Counted from the stretch's first letter, positions 1 through 9,228 are shown. The stretch is DNA of 64,000 nt from Candidatus Latescibacterota bacterium (GCA_965215195.1 CBDCDC010000002.1:704001-768000), one strand, 5' to 3'. Translations and numbers: made by a program. Notes: a model not told the origin generated them from the letters alone.

Positions 1-570
1 TCGATCCGACTCTTCCTTCGCCTTGGTGCGCTCGCTGCGGATCATGGCCGCTGCCCGCCCGCGGACCTCGCTGGCCAGATGCTCCATCATCTGTTCGCGT
101 GCCTCGTCTGCGGGCAGCCCACTGGCCAGCTCTAGACGTTGCTGGTACTCGGCGCGCATCTGGCCCAGTTCCCCTTCTTCTTCTTTTAAGGTCCGTTCGC
201 GCTGGCCAATCCGCCGCTCCTGATTTTTGAGGCGGTTCCACGCCCGGCTCTGCTCTTCTTTCTGGCTATTGAGGTCGCGGACGAGCTGTGCCAAGCTCTT
301 ATCGCGACGGTTGAGATCGGCCAATTGATCTTCTAACTGGGCCTCTTGGCGGGCTTTGGTTTTATACCAGTTGTCCCACTCCTCGAGCAAGCTCAGCCGC
401 ACCGCACGCTCTTCTTCGGCCAACTGTTGCCGCACTCGGTCTTCTGCCTCTTTCTCCACTTGGGGCAGGATGCCCTTTTTTAATTGATAACTCAGCAGAA
501 AACCCAGACCACCGCCCAAAGCGAGCAGACCTAAGCCCGCTAATGCTTGGATCGTATCTGGATATTCCAT
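1..570 (-). CDS. rny: Ribonuclease Y, N-terminal part (runs off window start)
   Basis: Not in the ORF track. Manual translation from ATG 570 gives MEYPDTIQALAGLGLLALGGGLGFLLSY (TM anchor), a long coiled coil and ...RLELASGLPADEAREQMMEHL..., the RNase Y N-terminal layout. KH/HD domains lie outside the window. Confidence 0.75.
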   Translation of the reverse strand, partial: MEYPDTIQALAGLGLLALGGGLGFLLSYQLKKGILPQVEKEAEDRVRQQLAEEERAVRLSLLEEWDNWYKTKARQEAQLEDQLADLNRRDKSLAQLVRDLNSQKEEQSRAWNRLKNQERRIGQRERTLKEEEGELGQMRAEYQQRLELASGLPADEAREQMMEHLASEVRGRAAAMIRSERTKAKEESDR

Positions 571-648
571 TGCAGTAAGCCTTGAAGGTCTTGAGGTTTA
601 ATTGGTACTAATATGGATAGGCAAATGCCGGTTGTGGACTCCCACTCA

Positions 649-2010
649 CTACGTCTGGAGGGCGGCCTCTAGCGCCGCTTGCCGCATAGTCGCACGTTCG
701 GCCGGGTCGCTCCAGCGCTGGGCGATCAGCGGGTCAAGCGCATCTAAGGGATCGTAGTAAAAGAAGAACTCGCCGGGCCGCACGGCCGGGCTGGTAAATA
801 CGGCGATGCCCGTCTGGCGATCGTAGTGTTCATAGGAGTGGACATCGCGCTTCCCGCCGCCGCCCATAGTGTCAAGTACAAAGGCCGGCGTGTTGAACCC
901 CGCGGTCCACCCCCGAATCGCCTTCTCCAAGTCGATCGCCGCCGCCAAGGTGGTACGCAGCTCTTCGACCCCGCGCACCATGTCGTGGACAAAGGTGTAA
1001 TACGGATGCACGTTGAGGTAGCTGAGCCGCCGCACGAGGTGCTGCATGGTGTCGACGTCGTCGTTGACGCCCTTTTGCAGGACGGTTTGGTTGCGCACCC
1101 CAATGCCGCGCTCCATCAATTCGTCGAGTGCGAAGCTGCTGATGGCCGTGATTTCGCGCGGGTGGTTGAAATGCGTGTGCAGCGCGACTTCCTTGTGGGC
1201 CTTGCGCCCCGCTTCGACAACCCGCGTTAGGGCATTAACCCACTCGCGGTCTGTGACGAGCTTCTGCGGCATAATCGCCGGAGCTTTTGTCGCATAGCGC
1301 ATCCGCCGCACGTGCTCAATGTTGAGCAAGCGAGTGCCGATGTATTCGATGTGTTCGGCCTTGAGGTTGGCCACATCGCCACCGCTGATGACGATGTCTT
1401 CTAATTCGGGTCGCGAAGAGACATAGGCAAAAACCTGCTCCCACCGCTGGACAACGGCACCAAAATGCACTTTCTCCACATCCTCGGTATCCAACCCTAC
1501 CGCATAGGAGCGGGTGCAGAAACGACAGTACACCGGACAGGTGTCAAGCGCCAGAAACAGCGCCCGGTCGGTGTAGCGATGCGTCAGGCCCGGCACCGGG
1601 GAATCCACTTGCTCGTACAACGAATCTAGGGCGAGTTCCGGGTGATCGGGCCGCATCCGCGACCCCATGGGCAGAAACTGAATGCGCAGCGGATCCGCGG
1701 CTGGCTCCGACCAGTCGATCAAGCTCAGCAGGTACGGAGAAATCCGCAGGCTCATCGGCGAGCGCAAAAGCCCCTGCTCGACATCGCTATAAAACGCCTC
1801 TGAAACGAGGCTGCCGAGGACCTCCCGCAGCTTCTTCAGGCTCGTCACGCTATTGCGGCTCTGAAAGCGGTGCTCGTGGAACTCATCTGCACGCAAGTCG
1901 GCATAGGCGGGAATGACGCGCCAATACTCGTCGTCGCGCAAGTCCCGGTGGGAGGTATCGAGTACCGCGCTGGTAGGTGGCGTCAGCACCTGCTCTTGAA
2001 TCTCAGACAT
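649..2010 (-). CDS. KamA-family radical SAM protein (lysine 2,3-aminomutase-like)
   Basis: Motifs LTHRY, CPVYCRFC, ISGGD, HFNHPRE, NQTVLQKGVND, GGGGK. Start moved to ATG 2010 (MSEIQ) to avoid overlapping folE. Confidence 0.88.
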   Translation of the reverse strand: MSEIQEQVLTPPTSAVLDTSHRDLRDDEYWRVIPAYADLRADEFHEHRFQSRNSVTSLKKLREVLGSLVSEAFYSDVEQGLLRSPMSLRISPYLLSLIDWSEPAADPLRIQFLPMGSRMRPDHPELALDSLYEQVDSPVPGLTHRYTDRALFLALDTCPVYCRFCTRSYAVGLDTEDVEKVHFGAVVQRWEQVFAYVSSRPELEDIVISGGDVANLKAEHIEYIGTRLLNIEHVRRMRYATKAPAIMPQKLVTDREWVNALTRVVEAGRKAHKEVALHTHFNHPREITAISSFALDELMERGIGVRNQTVLQKGVNDDVDTMQHLVRRLSYLNVHPYYTFVHDMVRGVEELRTTLAAAIDLEKAIRGWTAGFNTPAFVLDTMGGGGKRDVHSYEHYDRQTGIAVFTSPAVRPGEFFFYYDPLDALDPLIAQRWSDPAERATMRQAALEAALQT

Positions 2011-2027
2011 GTTCGTCCCGTGCTGCT

Positions 2028-2654
2028 TCAATTTTTCTTGATTAAATTGAAAAATTCCTCGCGCACTATCGGCTCGGCAAAACGGCCCCGCAGTGCCGAA
2101 GTGGTCGTCACCGCCCCGGGCCTTTCCACTCCCCGCATCTCCATGCACAAATGCCGGGCCTCCATTACGACGATGGATCCTTTGGGTGCCAGCTTGGCTT
2201 CGAGGAAGTCCACGATTTGTTCAGTGAGGCGCTCTTGGAGCTGGGGCCGGCGGGCGTAGAATTCGACGATGCGCACGATTTTGCTCAAGCCGACGATCGC
2301 GTCCCCAGGTATGTACGCTATGTGCGCCTTGCCGAAGAACGGAATCAGGTGGTGGGAACAAACCGAAAAAAACTCGATGTCCTTGACGAGCACCATGTTG
2401 CCGTAGCGATCGCTATTGGGAAAGCAGGTAATCGCCGGTTCGCCTTGGTCGCCCAGCTCCCGAAATATCTCCATGTACATCCGCCCGACGCGGTCTGGGG
2501 TGCCCCGCAAGTGCGGATCGCTCAAGTCGAGCCCCAAAACCTGCATGATCTGGGCGAAGTGCCCGGCTATTTCAGCGGCCTTGGCCTTGTTCTGGCCCCG
2601 GAGCCAGCTCGGGGCATCTCGCTCGCTAAGCGGCCCTATCGTCGCATCTTCCAT
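2028..2654 (-). CDS. folE: GTP cyclohydrolase I
   Basis: TPDRV, CSHHLIPF, GLSK, PQLQERLT, HLCMEMRG motifs. Confidence 0.96.
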   Translation of the reverse strand: MEDATIGPLSERDAPSWLRGQNKAKAAEIAGHFAQIMQVLGLDLSDPHLRGTPDRVGRMYMEIFRELGDQGEPAITCFPNSDRYGNMVLVKDIEFFSVCSHHLIPFFGKAHIAYIPGDAIVGLSKIVRIVEFYARRPQLQERLTEQIVDFLEAKLAPKGSIVVMEARHLCMEMRGVERPGAVTTTSALRGRFAEPIVREEFFNLIKKN

Positions 2655-2685
2655 CGCGTGTTTTCCTTTGCCGGCATCATAAATA

Positions 2686-2716
2686 GTGGGGCAAAGCCCA
2701 CAGGGCTTTGCCCCAC
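2686..2716. terminator. Perfect 14-bp hairpin between the peroxiredoxin gene and folE (terminator or mRNA-stabilising stem)
   Basis: GTGGGGCAAAGCCC-ACA-GGGCTTTGCCCCAC; followed by TATTT on the minus strand. Confidence 0.6.
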
Positions 2717-2739
2717 TCTACTTGAGAAAACGAAGTGCT

Positions 2740-3207
2740 TCAGTTGAGCGATTGCAAACAAGCCCTAATTGCCGCAAAATCCGGCAGGACCTTGGGATCG
2801 TCGGAAACCCAAGCGTAGCGGACGATCCCCTCCCCATCGACGACGAAGGCCGAGCGCTTGGCGATGCCTTTGAAGCCCAACAGATCTTCGTGCTGGGCAC
2901 CGTACGCGGCAGACACCTCCTTGTTGAAATCGCTGAGCAGCGGAATCGCAATGCCTTCCTTCTCGGCCCAAGCATTGAGGCTAAACGGACTATCAACGCT
3001 GATTCCCAAAGCCTGGGCATCGAGCTCCTCGTACGCGTTGATTCCGGCGGAAATCTCGCACAACTCCTGTGTACAGACGCTGGTGAAGGCCAGCGGCACG
3101 AAGAGCAAGACGACGCTTTTGCCGGCGAAATCCCCGAGGCTTACTTCCTCCATAGCCGCATTCTTGAGCGTGAACGCGGGTGCGTTGTCTCCTACTTGAA
3201 TCGCCAT
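2740..3207 (-). CDS. Peroxiredoxin (AhpC/TSA family, AhpE-like)
   Basis: VGDNAPAFTL, PLAFTSVCTQE (PxxxTxxC), LLSDFN, KRSAFVVD. Confidence 0.92.
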   Translation of the reverse strand: MAIQVGDNAPAFTLKNAAMEEVSLGDFAGKSVVLLFVPLAFTSVCTQELCEISAGINAYEELDAQALGISVDSPFSLNAWAEKEGIAIPLLSDFNKEVSAAYGAQHEDLLGFKGIAKRSAFVVDGEGIVRYAWVSDDPKVLPDFAAIRACLQSLN

Positions 3208-3210
3208 CTG

Positions 3211-3831
3211 CTAACTCCCCATCGCCTCGGCAAAGCGGCGACTGACTTCGGTCCAGTTGACGATGTCAGTCCAAGCTGCGATATAGTCGGGCCGGCGGTT
3301 TTGATAGTTGAGATAATAGGCGTGTTCCCAGACATCGATACCGAGGATGGGAACTCCGTCGCCGGTCATTAGAGGATTGTCCTGGTTGGCGGTGCTGAGG
3401 ATGGCGAGCTTGCCATCCTTGACTACGACCCAAGCCCAGCCGCTGCCAAACCGGGTGGTAGCAGCTTGCACGAAGGCTTCGCGGGCTTCGTCGGCGCTAC
3501 CGAATGCGGCTTCGGCCGCGGCGACGAGCTCGGCCGAAGGCTCGCCGCGCTCCCCTTCTGGGGCCATGATCTGCCAAAATAGGCTGTGGTTGGCATGACC
3601 GCCGCCGTGGTTGCGCACCGCCGTGCGGATGCTCTCGGGAACGGAGTCGAGGTCGCTGATGAGGTCTTCGACGCTTTTAGCGGCCAAGTCGTCGTGCCCT
3701 TCGAGAGCGGCGTTGAGGCTGGTCACATAAGTATTGTGGTGCTTGGTATGGTGAATCTCCATGGTGCGGGCGTCTATGACGGATTCCAGTGCGTCATAGG
3801 CATAGGGGAGATCGGGAAGGGAGTGAGCCAT
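3211..3831 (-). CDS. sodA: Superoxide dismutase (Mn-type signature)
   Basis: [33 protein letters not shown]. Confidence 0.95.
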   Translation of the reverse strand: MAHSLPDLPYAYDALESVIDARTMEIHHTKHHNTYVTSLNAALEGHDDLAAKSVEDLISDLDSVPESIRTAVRNHGGGHANHSLFWQIMAPEGERGEPSAELVAAAEAAFGSADEAREAFVQAATTRFGSGWAWVVVKDGKLAILSTANQDNPLMTGDGVPILGIDVWEHAYYLNYQNRRPDYIAAWTDIVNWTEVSRRFAEAMGS

Positions 3832-3877
3832 GGTGCAATCCTTTCGGCTTGAGGTTAAAACGCAAGGCGAAAATGCG

Positions 3878-4255
3878 TTAGGAGGCCGTACTGGCCTGAT
3901 AGTTTTTCACTAGGGCCCGGGTTGCGTCAGCGGCTAGCTGGGCGGCGTGGCGCTTCATTGGCGGCAGCCCCCCTAGCACCTCCTCAATAGCTGCCGGCTC
4001 TAGCTGAGCTGCGTCCGCCAGTAGCAAATCTGCCAGCAACTCGGTGAGCACTGAGCCTGCCGCGACCGAAGGGGCACAACCAAAGGTCTTGCAGCTAGCG
4101 CGGACGATGCGACCGTTTTCGACGCGGGCAAAAAGCTGCATCGAATCGCCACAGGCCTGATTTTCAGCTTGCCCCGAGGCATTGGCATCGCCGATTTGCC
4201 CTGCGTTGCGGGGATGCCGATAGTGATCGAAAACCGCTGCGCTAAAGGAGGTCAT
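3878..4255 (-). CDS. IscU/NifU-N-like Fe-S scaffold protein (third Cys absent)
   Basis: [27 protein letters not shown]. Confidence 0.85.
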   Translation of the reverse strand: MTSFSAAVFDHYRHPRNAGQIGDANASGQAENQACGDSMQLFARVENGRIVRASCKTFGCAPSVAAGSVLTELLADLLLADAAQLEPAAIEEVLGGLPPMKRHAAQLAADATRALVKNYQASTAS

Positions 4256-4300
4256 CTGCTCGCTTCAACAGCTAGTAAAGAGGTCCGAGAAGTGGGTTGT

Positions 4301-4329
4301 ATAATACTTGAGGCCACGGGGATTGTCAA
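4301..4329 (-). promoter_or_regulatory. sigma70-type promoter for the iscU-like/sodA/prx genes
   Basis: Minus strand TTGACA-17 nt-TATTAT. Confidence 0.7.
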
Positions 4330-4379
4330 CCGCACATCTCCCTGAACTGCAATCTATACAACGAGTTATAGGCACAGTA

Positions 4380-4685
4380 TTAGGCTTTGAGGCCGCCGGA
4401 ACCGCAATCCCGCCAGTAAGTCCGCACCATCTGCAAGATGTCCCAGAGTATGGTATCCTTCGCTACTTGGTCGATCAACGCGTGCAGCCTCGCGGCCTTC
4501 TCAGGCTCGATCAGCCCCAGTCCGCTCATCATCGTCAGGTGATGGATCAAGCCCGTTTGCAATAACGTGCGGTTCATGTCCGAGAGGGGGATGCTGCTTT
4601 TGTTGGCGAACTCCTCTTCGAGGCCGGCATAGAGTTCGGCCAAGCTGTGGGAAAGTGTGGTCTCAACTTTGTAAATTTTTTCCAT
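4380..4685 (-). CDS. Hypothetical protein, possible ribbon-helix-helix N-terminus
   Basis: Clean 101-aa ORF with GAGAGG RBS and an upstream TTGACA-16-TATATT (4718-4745). Confidence 0.7.
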   Translation of the reverse strand: MEKIYKVETTLSHSLAELYAGLEEEFANKSSIPLSDMNRTLLQTGLIHHLTMMSGLGLIEPEKAARLHALIDQVAKDTILWDILQMVRTYWRDCGSGGLKA

Positions 4686-4773
4686 GCGCCTCTCGCCTGC
4701 GTGGGAGCCTTGCGGTTAATATACCCGGCGCGTTCCCACTGTCAACAAGGCTCGGCCCGAAAGGCGCGGTTGG

Positions 4774-6195
4774 TCATTTGGCGGTGATTTGGTATTTGCG
4801 GAGCAAGTGTCGAAAGCGGTCGTAGGTCAAGCCCAATTGCCGTGCCGCGTCTTTCTGCCGCCCTCCCACTTGGGCGAGTGCGCCGTTGAGCAAGCCTCGC
4901 TCGACACGAGCGACTTGCTCGTCGAAACTGCCGCCCTCGGGAAGGGCAACGCCCCTGCCGCCGCGCACTTCTGGGGGCAAGTCTTCCGCGACCACTTCGT
5001 CCCCTTGTGCAACGCAGAGGGCGCGCTCGACAGCGAATTTGAGTTCGCGTACATTGCCCGGCCAAGCATAGGTCTCTAGCGTGGCCAAAACGCCTTCGGC
5101 GAACGGGCGTCGTTCAATCGCCGGCACTTCGTCGCATAGCTGCTGAGTAAAGTAAGCAACCAAGGGCCGGATGTCTTCGGGCCGCGCCCGCAAGGGCGGT
5201 AGCTGGAGCACGCTAAACCGCAGGCGGTCGTAGAGGTCGGCGCGGAATTTCTCGCTAGCTATTTCCCGCTCCAAATCCGCGTTGGTCGCCGCCACGACGC
5301 GAACGTCAACGTGGATCGTCTGCGTCCCACCCGTGCGTTCAAATTCTTGGTATTCTATAACGCGCAATACGTTTTTTTGGAAGTCCAGCGAAGTGTTGCC
5401 GATCTCGTCGAGAAAAAGCGTACCGCCATCGGCGGCTTCAAAGCGGCCGGGGCGCATTTGGGTCGCGCCCGTAAAGGCCCCTTTCTCGTGGCCGAACAGC
5501 TCGCTCTCGAGCAGAGTATCCGACAGCGCCGCGCAGTTCATCTTGACAAAGGCCCGCTCGCGGCGGTTGCTCCCGTAGTGCAAGGCGGCGGCGATCAGCT
5601 CCTTGCCCGTGCCCCGCTCGCCGCAGATCAGCACGGGCCGCGGTATGGAGGCGATCTGTTCAACTTGCTCTAGCAGGTTCTGAATCAGAGGACTGCGGCT
5701 GACAATCTGATAGCGCTGGCCTAGCTGGGTCCGGTAAAAGGTGTTGTCGCGACCCAAGGTCTCATTCTCGGCCTTGAGGCGGGCGTTTTCGCGCAATACC
5801 GCCAACATCCGCTCGACCTTTTCCATCTCCACTTCGAGCTTGTCCTCGACGTACAAGTCCTTCTCGATAAAATCCGCCGCCCCGGCTTGCACGGCTTCGA
5901 CCGCCAAGTCAACGCTTCCCTTGCCCGTGAGAATAATGACCGGCAGATCGGCCCAGTGCTTTTTGATCTCTTTCAGCACTTCGAGGCCGTTGGGCTGGCC
6001 AACTCCAAAGTCCAAATCCAGCACCACGAGTTCGACGTCCGTCGGCCTAGCGGCCAAATGACCGAGCAATCGTTGGCCATTAGAAAACGAGATGACCTCC
6101 TCCTTGCCCAAACTGCGCAGTTTCTCCGCCAACATCTCACGCAGTTCCCGTTGGTCATCGGCGATTAAGACAGCTTTCTTTTTTCTGCTCGCCAT
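4774..6195 (-). CDS. sigma54-dependent activator with PspF-like AAA+/HTH and an N-terminal receiver domain
   Basis: REC (IADD...LVVLD...LTG...KD), GERGTGKE, GAFTGA, LFLDE, RVIEY, FRADLYDRL, WPGNVREL, HTH LGLTYDRFRHLLRKY. Confidence 0.93.
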   Translation of the reverse strand: MASRKKKAVLIADDQRELREMLAEKLRSLGKEEVISFSNGQRLLGHLAARPTDVELVVLDLDFGVGQPNGLEVLKEIKKHWADLPVIILTGKGSVDLAVEAVQAGAADFIEKDLYVEDKLEVEMEKVERMLAVLRENARLKAENETLGRDNTFYRTQLGQRYQIVSRSPLIQNLLEQVEQIASIPRPVLICGERGTGKELIAAALHYGSNRRERAFVKMNCAALSDTLLESELFGHEKGAFTGATQMRPGRFEAADGGTLFLDEIGNTSLDFQKNVLRVIEYQEFERTGGTQTIHVDVRVVAATNADLEREIASEKFRADLYDRLRFSVLQLPPLRARPEDIRPLVAYFTQQLCDEVPAIERRPFAEGVLATLETYAWPGNVRELKFAVERALCVAQGDEVVAEDLPPEVRGGRGVALPEGGSFDEQVARVERGLLNGALAQVGGRQKDAARQLGLTYDRFRHLLRKYQITAK

Positions 6196-6222
6196 GCTCG
6201 TCCTCGTTCAATCACTGAAAGG

Positions 6223-7578
6223 CTAGGCCTCGCCGCCCGCGAAATTGAGCGGCAGATCGAGCCGAAAAACGGTTCCATGTCCCTTTCTGCTCTTGACGCG
6301 CAGCACACCCTGATGGGCCTGGACAATGCGGCGTGCAATGCTCAAGCCATAGCCATTGCCCCGCTCCCTAGTGGTAAATCCAGGCTCGAATATCAATTCC
6401 AAATGCTCTTCCTCAATGCCTGGCCCATCGTCCTCAACCTCAATAAAGATCAGCGATTGCTCCTCGTCGTAGCCAGCACCCAGCACCACTTGACCGCCGC
6501 GGCCTTTTTCGAGGATTTCTAAGGCGTTTAGGCAGAGGTTGGTAATGGCCTCGCGCAACATCCGCTCGTCGGCTTCCACGCGCGGCAAGCCCGCTTGGAC
6601 CCGCGTCTGGATCGCGGATTTCCAAGTTTGGCGGTCAAATCCGGCGACCACTCGGCGCACCAAGCGCCCGAGATCGGTCACCGCCGGGTGGATTTTATCT
6701 GTTTTCATTGCTTCCAAGAACCCCACCCACTCGTCGTACAGGGCCTCGTATTCGCTCCCTAAGCGATTCAATTCCCCCCGCTGCGCCTCTTCGGCCTTGC
6801 GCCCCAACCCCCGCAAGCGGCTGCCGATGATCCCCATCAAGTTCTTGATGCGATGTCCCTTTGTATAAAACCCCTCGTACACCTGCTCCTTTCCCAACTC
6901 GACCATTTCCAGCGACAGACGTGCGAGGACTTGTGGAGCACTTCGCTCAAATTCCTCGCAGATGTGCTGATATTCTTGCTCTAATTCAGGGGGTTTTACG
7001 TGGCGAAAAAACAAACGAGCCAAATTTGCGTATGGCTGACTGAGCTTGGGGTCAAGCTGGATGGCGACCTTGAATTCCCCCATCGCTCCTAACACCTGGC
7101 CACCTTGCAGCAAGAGCTGGCCCAAGCTGTTGTGGCCAACTGCGGAGAGGGGATTGAGCGCCAATCCTTGGCGGAACGCCCGAATGGCTTCTCCACGCCG
7201 CTGCGGATCTTCGTTGTACTGGCTGCCGAGAGCGAAAAAGACGCTATCGAGGGCTGGGTATTCGCGCCCTTCCTCGGCCGCACGCACGATGGCCTCAAAG
7301 TGCGCCAGCGACTGCTCGCGGAACCGGGCGTTCCGCCGCCCTTGGCGCATCGCGAGCAAACCGAGTTGGTAGTGGCTTTCTAGATGCCCACTCGCCGCGG
7401 CCGCTTCCAGCGCGGCGATCGCCGCTTGCTCATCCCCCAGTTCCAAGAGACAAAGCCCTTTGCGATGCTGCAACTCCAAGTCGTCGGGCACCTGCGCTAG
7501 GCCGCGCTCGCACCACTCCAGCACCTCAGCCCAACGCGCATCTTCACAAGCCTCCACAGCGCGGTCGCACCTGTTCAC
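6223..7578 (-). CDS. Soluble TPR-repeat sensor histidine kinase
   Basis: N-terminal TPRs, H-box TKGHRIKN, NLCLNA, DDGPGI, FEPGFTT, GNGYGL; no TM segment seen. Confidence 0.9.
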   Translation of the reverse strand: MNRCDRAVEACEDARWAEVLEWCERGLAQVPDDLELQHRKGLCLLELGDEQAAIAALEAAAASGHLESHYQLGLLAMRQGRRNARFREQSLAHFEAIVRAAEEGREYPALDSVFFALGSQYNEDPQRRGEAIRAFRQGLALNPLSAVGHNSLGQLLLQGGQVLGAMGEFKVAIQLDPKLSQPYANLARLFFRHVKPPELEQEYQHICEEFERSAPQVLARLSLEMVELGKEQVYEGFYTKGHRIKNLMGIIGSRLRGLGRKAEEAQRGELNRLGSEYEALYDEWVGFLEAMKTDKIHPAVTDLGRLVRRVVAGFDRQTWKSAIQTRVQAGLPRVEADERMLREAITNLCLNALEILEKGRGGQVVLGAGYDEEQSLIFIEVEDDGPGIEEEHLELIFEPGFTTRERGNGYGLSIARRIVQAHQGVLRVKSRKGHGTVFRLDLPLNFAGGEA

Positions 7579-7853
7579 GGCCTAGCCTTGCTCTCGTCGT
7601 TCTTGGCACTCCACGGCTCAGCTTCTGCCTCCTCCAGCCGATCAATCTTTTCGCTGAGAGCAATCATCACGTCCTGCACCTCAGTCAGCCGCTGCTCAAC
7701 TCGCTCTAGCCGCTCGACGATCCGATCCTCTTTCTCTTGGGCTTTTTTATCCCGTCGCTTGCGGCTCGAATAATGCTTGTTGCCCCAATTGACCAATCCA
7801 CTGCACAGGATGATGAGACAGACGCCAATGGCGACCAGCAAAAACCCATTCAT
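7575..7853 (-). CDS. Small single-TM coiled-coil protein (PspB-like architecture)
   Basis: N-terminal hydrophobic helix then IVERLERVEQRLTEVQDVMI; its stop overlaps the kinase start (GTGA). Confidence 0.7.
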   Translation of the reverse strand: MNGFLLVAIGVCLIILCSGLVNWGNKHYSSRKRRDKKAQEKEDRIVERLERVEQRLTEVQDVMIALSEKIDRLEEAEAEPWSAKNDESKARP

Positions 7854-7939
7854 TTGCTCCCTCCCTGTTTGAGCTATGCACGCGCCAGCCGTGAGCGCGT
7901 GCTATTGAATTGCGGCAATCCCGCCTCTGCCTGTTTGTA

Positions 7940-8458
7940 TCAGGCACTTTCAACGCCCCGGCTCCAGTGTTTCTCGTGCGCGAAAAGCACTTCTGGAAAG
8001 CGATAGACGATCAGGCCCGAATCGGTTATTTCGACCTCGACGAACCCCCCATCGGCCAAGCGCTTGAGAATTTCCGCGGATTCCTCAACCGTCAGCCCAG
8101 TATCGGCCGCCGTTTCGGTCACTGTCAGGCGACCACCGCGCTGGCGGGCCAAGCGCACGACGCGGTTTTGCTGCCGCCGATAGCGCAGCAGATGCGCGGC
8201 CGCATCGAGTTTTTTGGCCAATATCCAGAGCAAACTGCCGAAGATGACCTGCGTGACGCCAATGGCGAAGAGATCGAAATCGCGCCCCGGACCATCGGCA
8301 TCGGCACTGAGCATCTGAAATAGTCCGTAGAGCATAAATCCCAGCCCTATTGGCACGATCGGTACGGCCAGCACCTTGAGAAAAAGAGCGCCTAAACGCT
8401 TGCACCCGCTCTCGATCGCACTGCCTACCTTGAGGTTGGCTTCGTCGATGAATTTCAT
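7940..8458 (-). CDS. Two-TM membrane protein with C-terminal winged-helix-like domain
   Basis: Two hydrophobic helices then RGGRLTVTETAADTGLTVEESAEILKRLADGGFVEVEITDSGLIVYRFP. Confidence 0.75.
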   Translation of the reverse strand: MKFIDEANLKVGSAIESGCKRLGALFLKVLAVPIVPIGLGFMLYGLFQMLSADADGPGRDFDLFAIGVTQVIFGSLLWILAKKLDAAAHLLRYRRQQNRVVRLARQRGGRLTVTETAADTGLTVEESAEILKRLADGGFVEVEITDSGLIVYRFPEVLFAHEKHWSRGVESA

Positions 8459-8470
8459 AGTTCACCTGCT

Positions 8471-8497
8471 AAAAAGCCCGCAGTATACACTGCGGGC
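8471..8497 (-). terminator. Intrinsic terminator directly after pspA
   Basis: Minus strand GCCCGCAGT-GTAT-ACTGCGGGC-TTTTT. Confidence 0.8.
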
Positions 8498-8504
8498 CAT
8501 AGGG

Positions 8505-9179
8505 TTACTTGTCTTTCTTCATCTTGCTCTTTAGAGCCTTCAACTCGTCGTCAACGCTGTGGTCGACTTCGATTTGGCGGATTTCTTTCTCAACGTCTTC
8601 CATCTCGCCCGAAATCTCCACATGCGCAGCAGCCTCCGCCTCGCTCTCTTCGACTTTCTGCTCAAAGCGTTCAAAGCTGGAAAAGGCATCCTGACCCAAC
8701 CCGGAAATGCTCTGGGCCAGACGCTTGCGGGCTTGGGCGGCTTGGTGGCGGGCGACCAACGTGCCCTGCCGGGTCCGCGCTTCTTCGAGCTTGGTCTTTA
8801 GCTCGCGTAGCTGCTCGCGCAATTGCTCGGCCGTCTGCCGACTCTCCTCCACAGCCGGAGCCAAGTCCTCGGCGGCTTTGGCAAACACCGCCTTGCGCTC
8901 CAGCGCACGTCGCGCCAGTGCATCCTCGCCCGACTCCACCGCCCGTTCGGCCTTCTGCTGCCATTCGGCGACCTGGCTTTGCTTATCGTTAAACTGGCGC
9001 TCAAGCCGCTTGTGGTTGGCCACCGCCGTCCCCACTGAAGCAGTCGCCTTGCCGACCGCCTCTTCCATGTCCCGCACCATCTGGCGGATCATCTTGTCCG
9101 GCTCTTCGGCCCGGTCAAGCATCTCGTTGATATTGGACTTGAGGATATCGCTTATCCTCGCTAAGGTTCCCTTAGCCAT
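8505..9179 (-). CDS. pspA: PspA/IM30 family protein
   Basis: LARISDILKSNINEMLDRAEEPDKMIRQMVRDME, AERAVESGEDALARRALERK, FERFEQKV, VDDELKALK. Confidence 0.95.
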   Translation of the reverse strand: MAKGTLARISDILKSNINEMLDRAEEPDKMIRQMVRDMEEAVGKATASVGTAVANHKRLERQFNDKQSQVAEWQQKAERAVESGEDALARRALERKAVFAKAAEDLAPAVEESRQTAEQLREQLRELKTKLEEARTRQGTLVARHQAAQARKRLAQSISGLGQDAFSSFERFEQKVEESEAEAAAHVEISGEMEDVEKEIRQIEVDHSVDDELKALKSKMKKDK

Positions 9180-9228
9180 TGTGCACCTTCCTTGATTGAG
9201 TGGAACTTATCATGCGCTATTCCTAACT

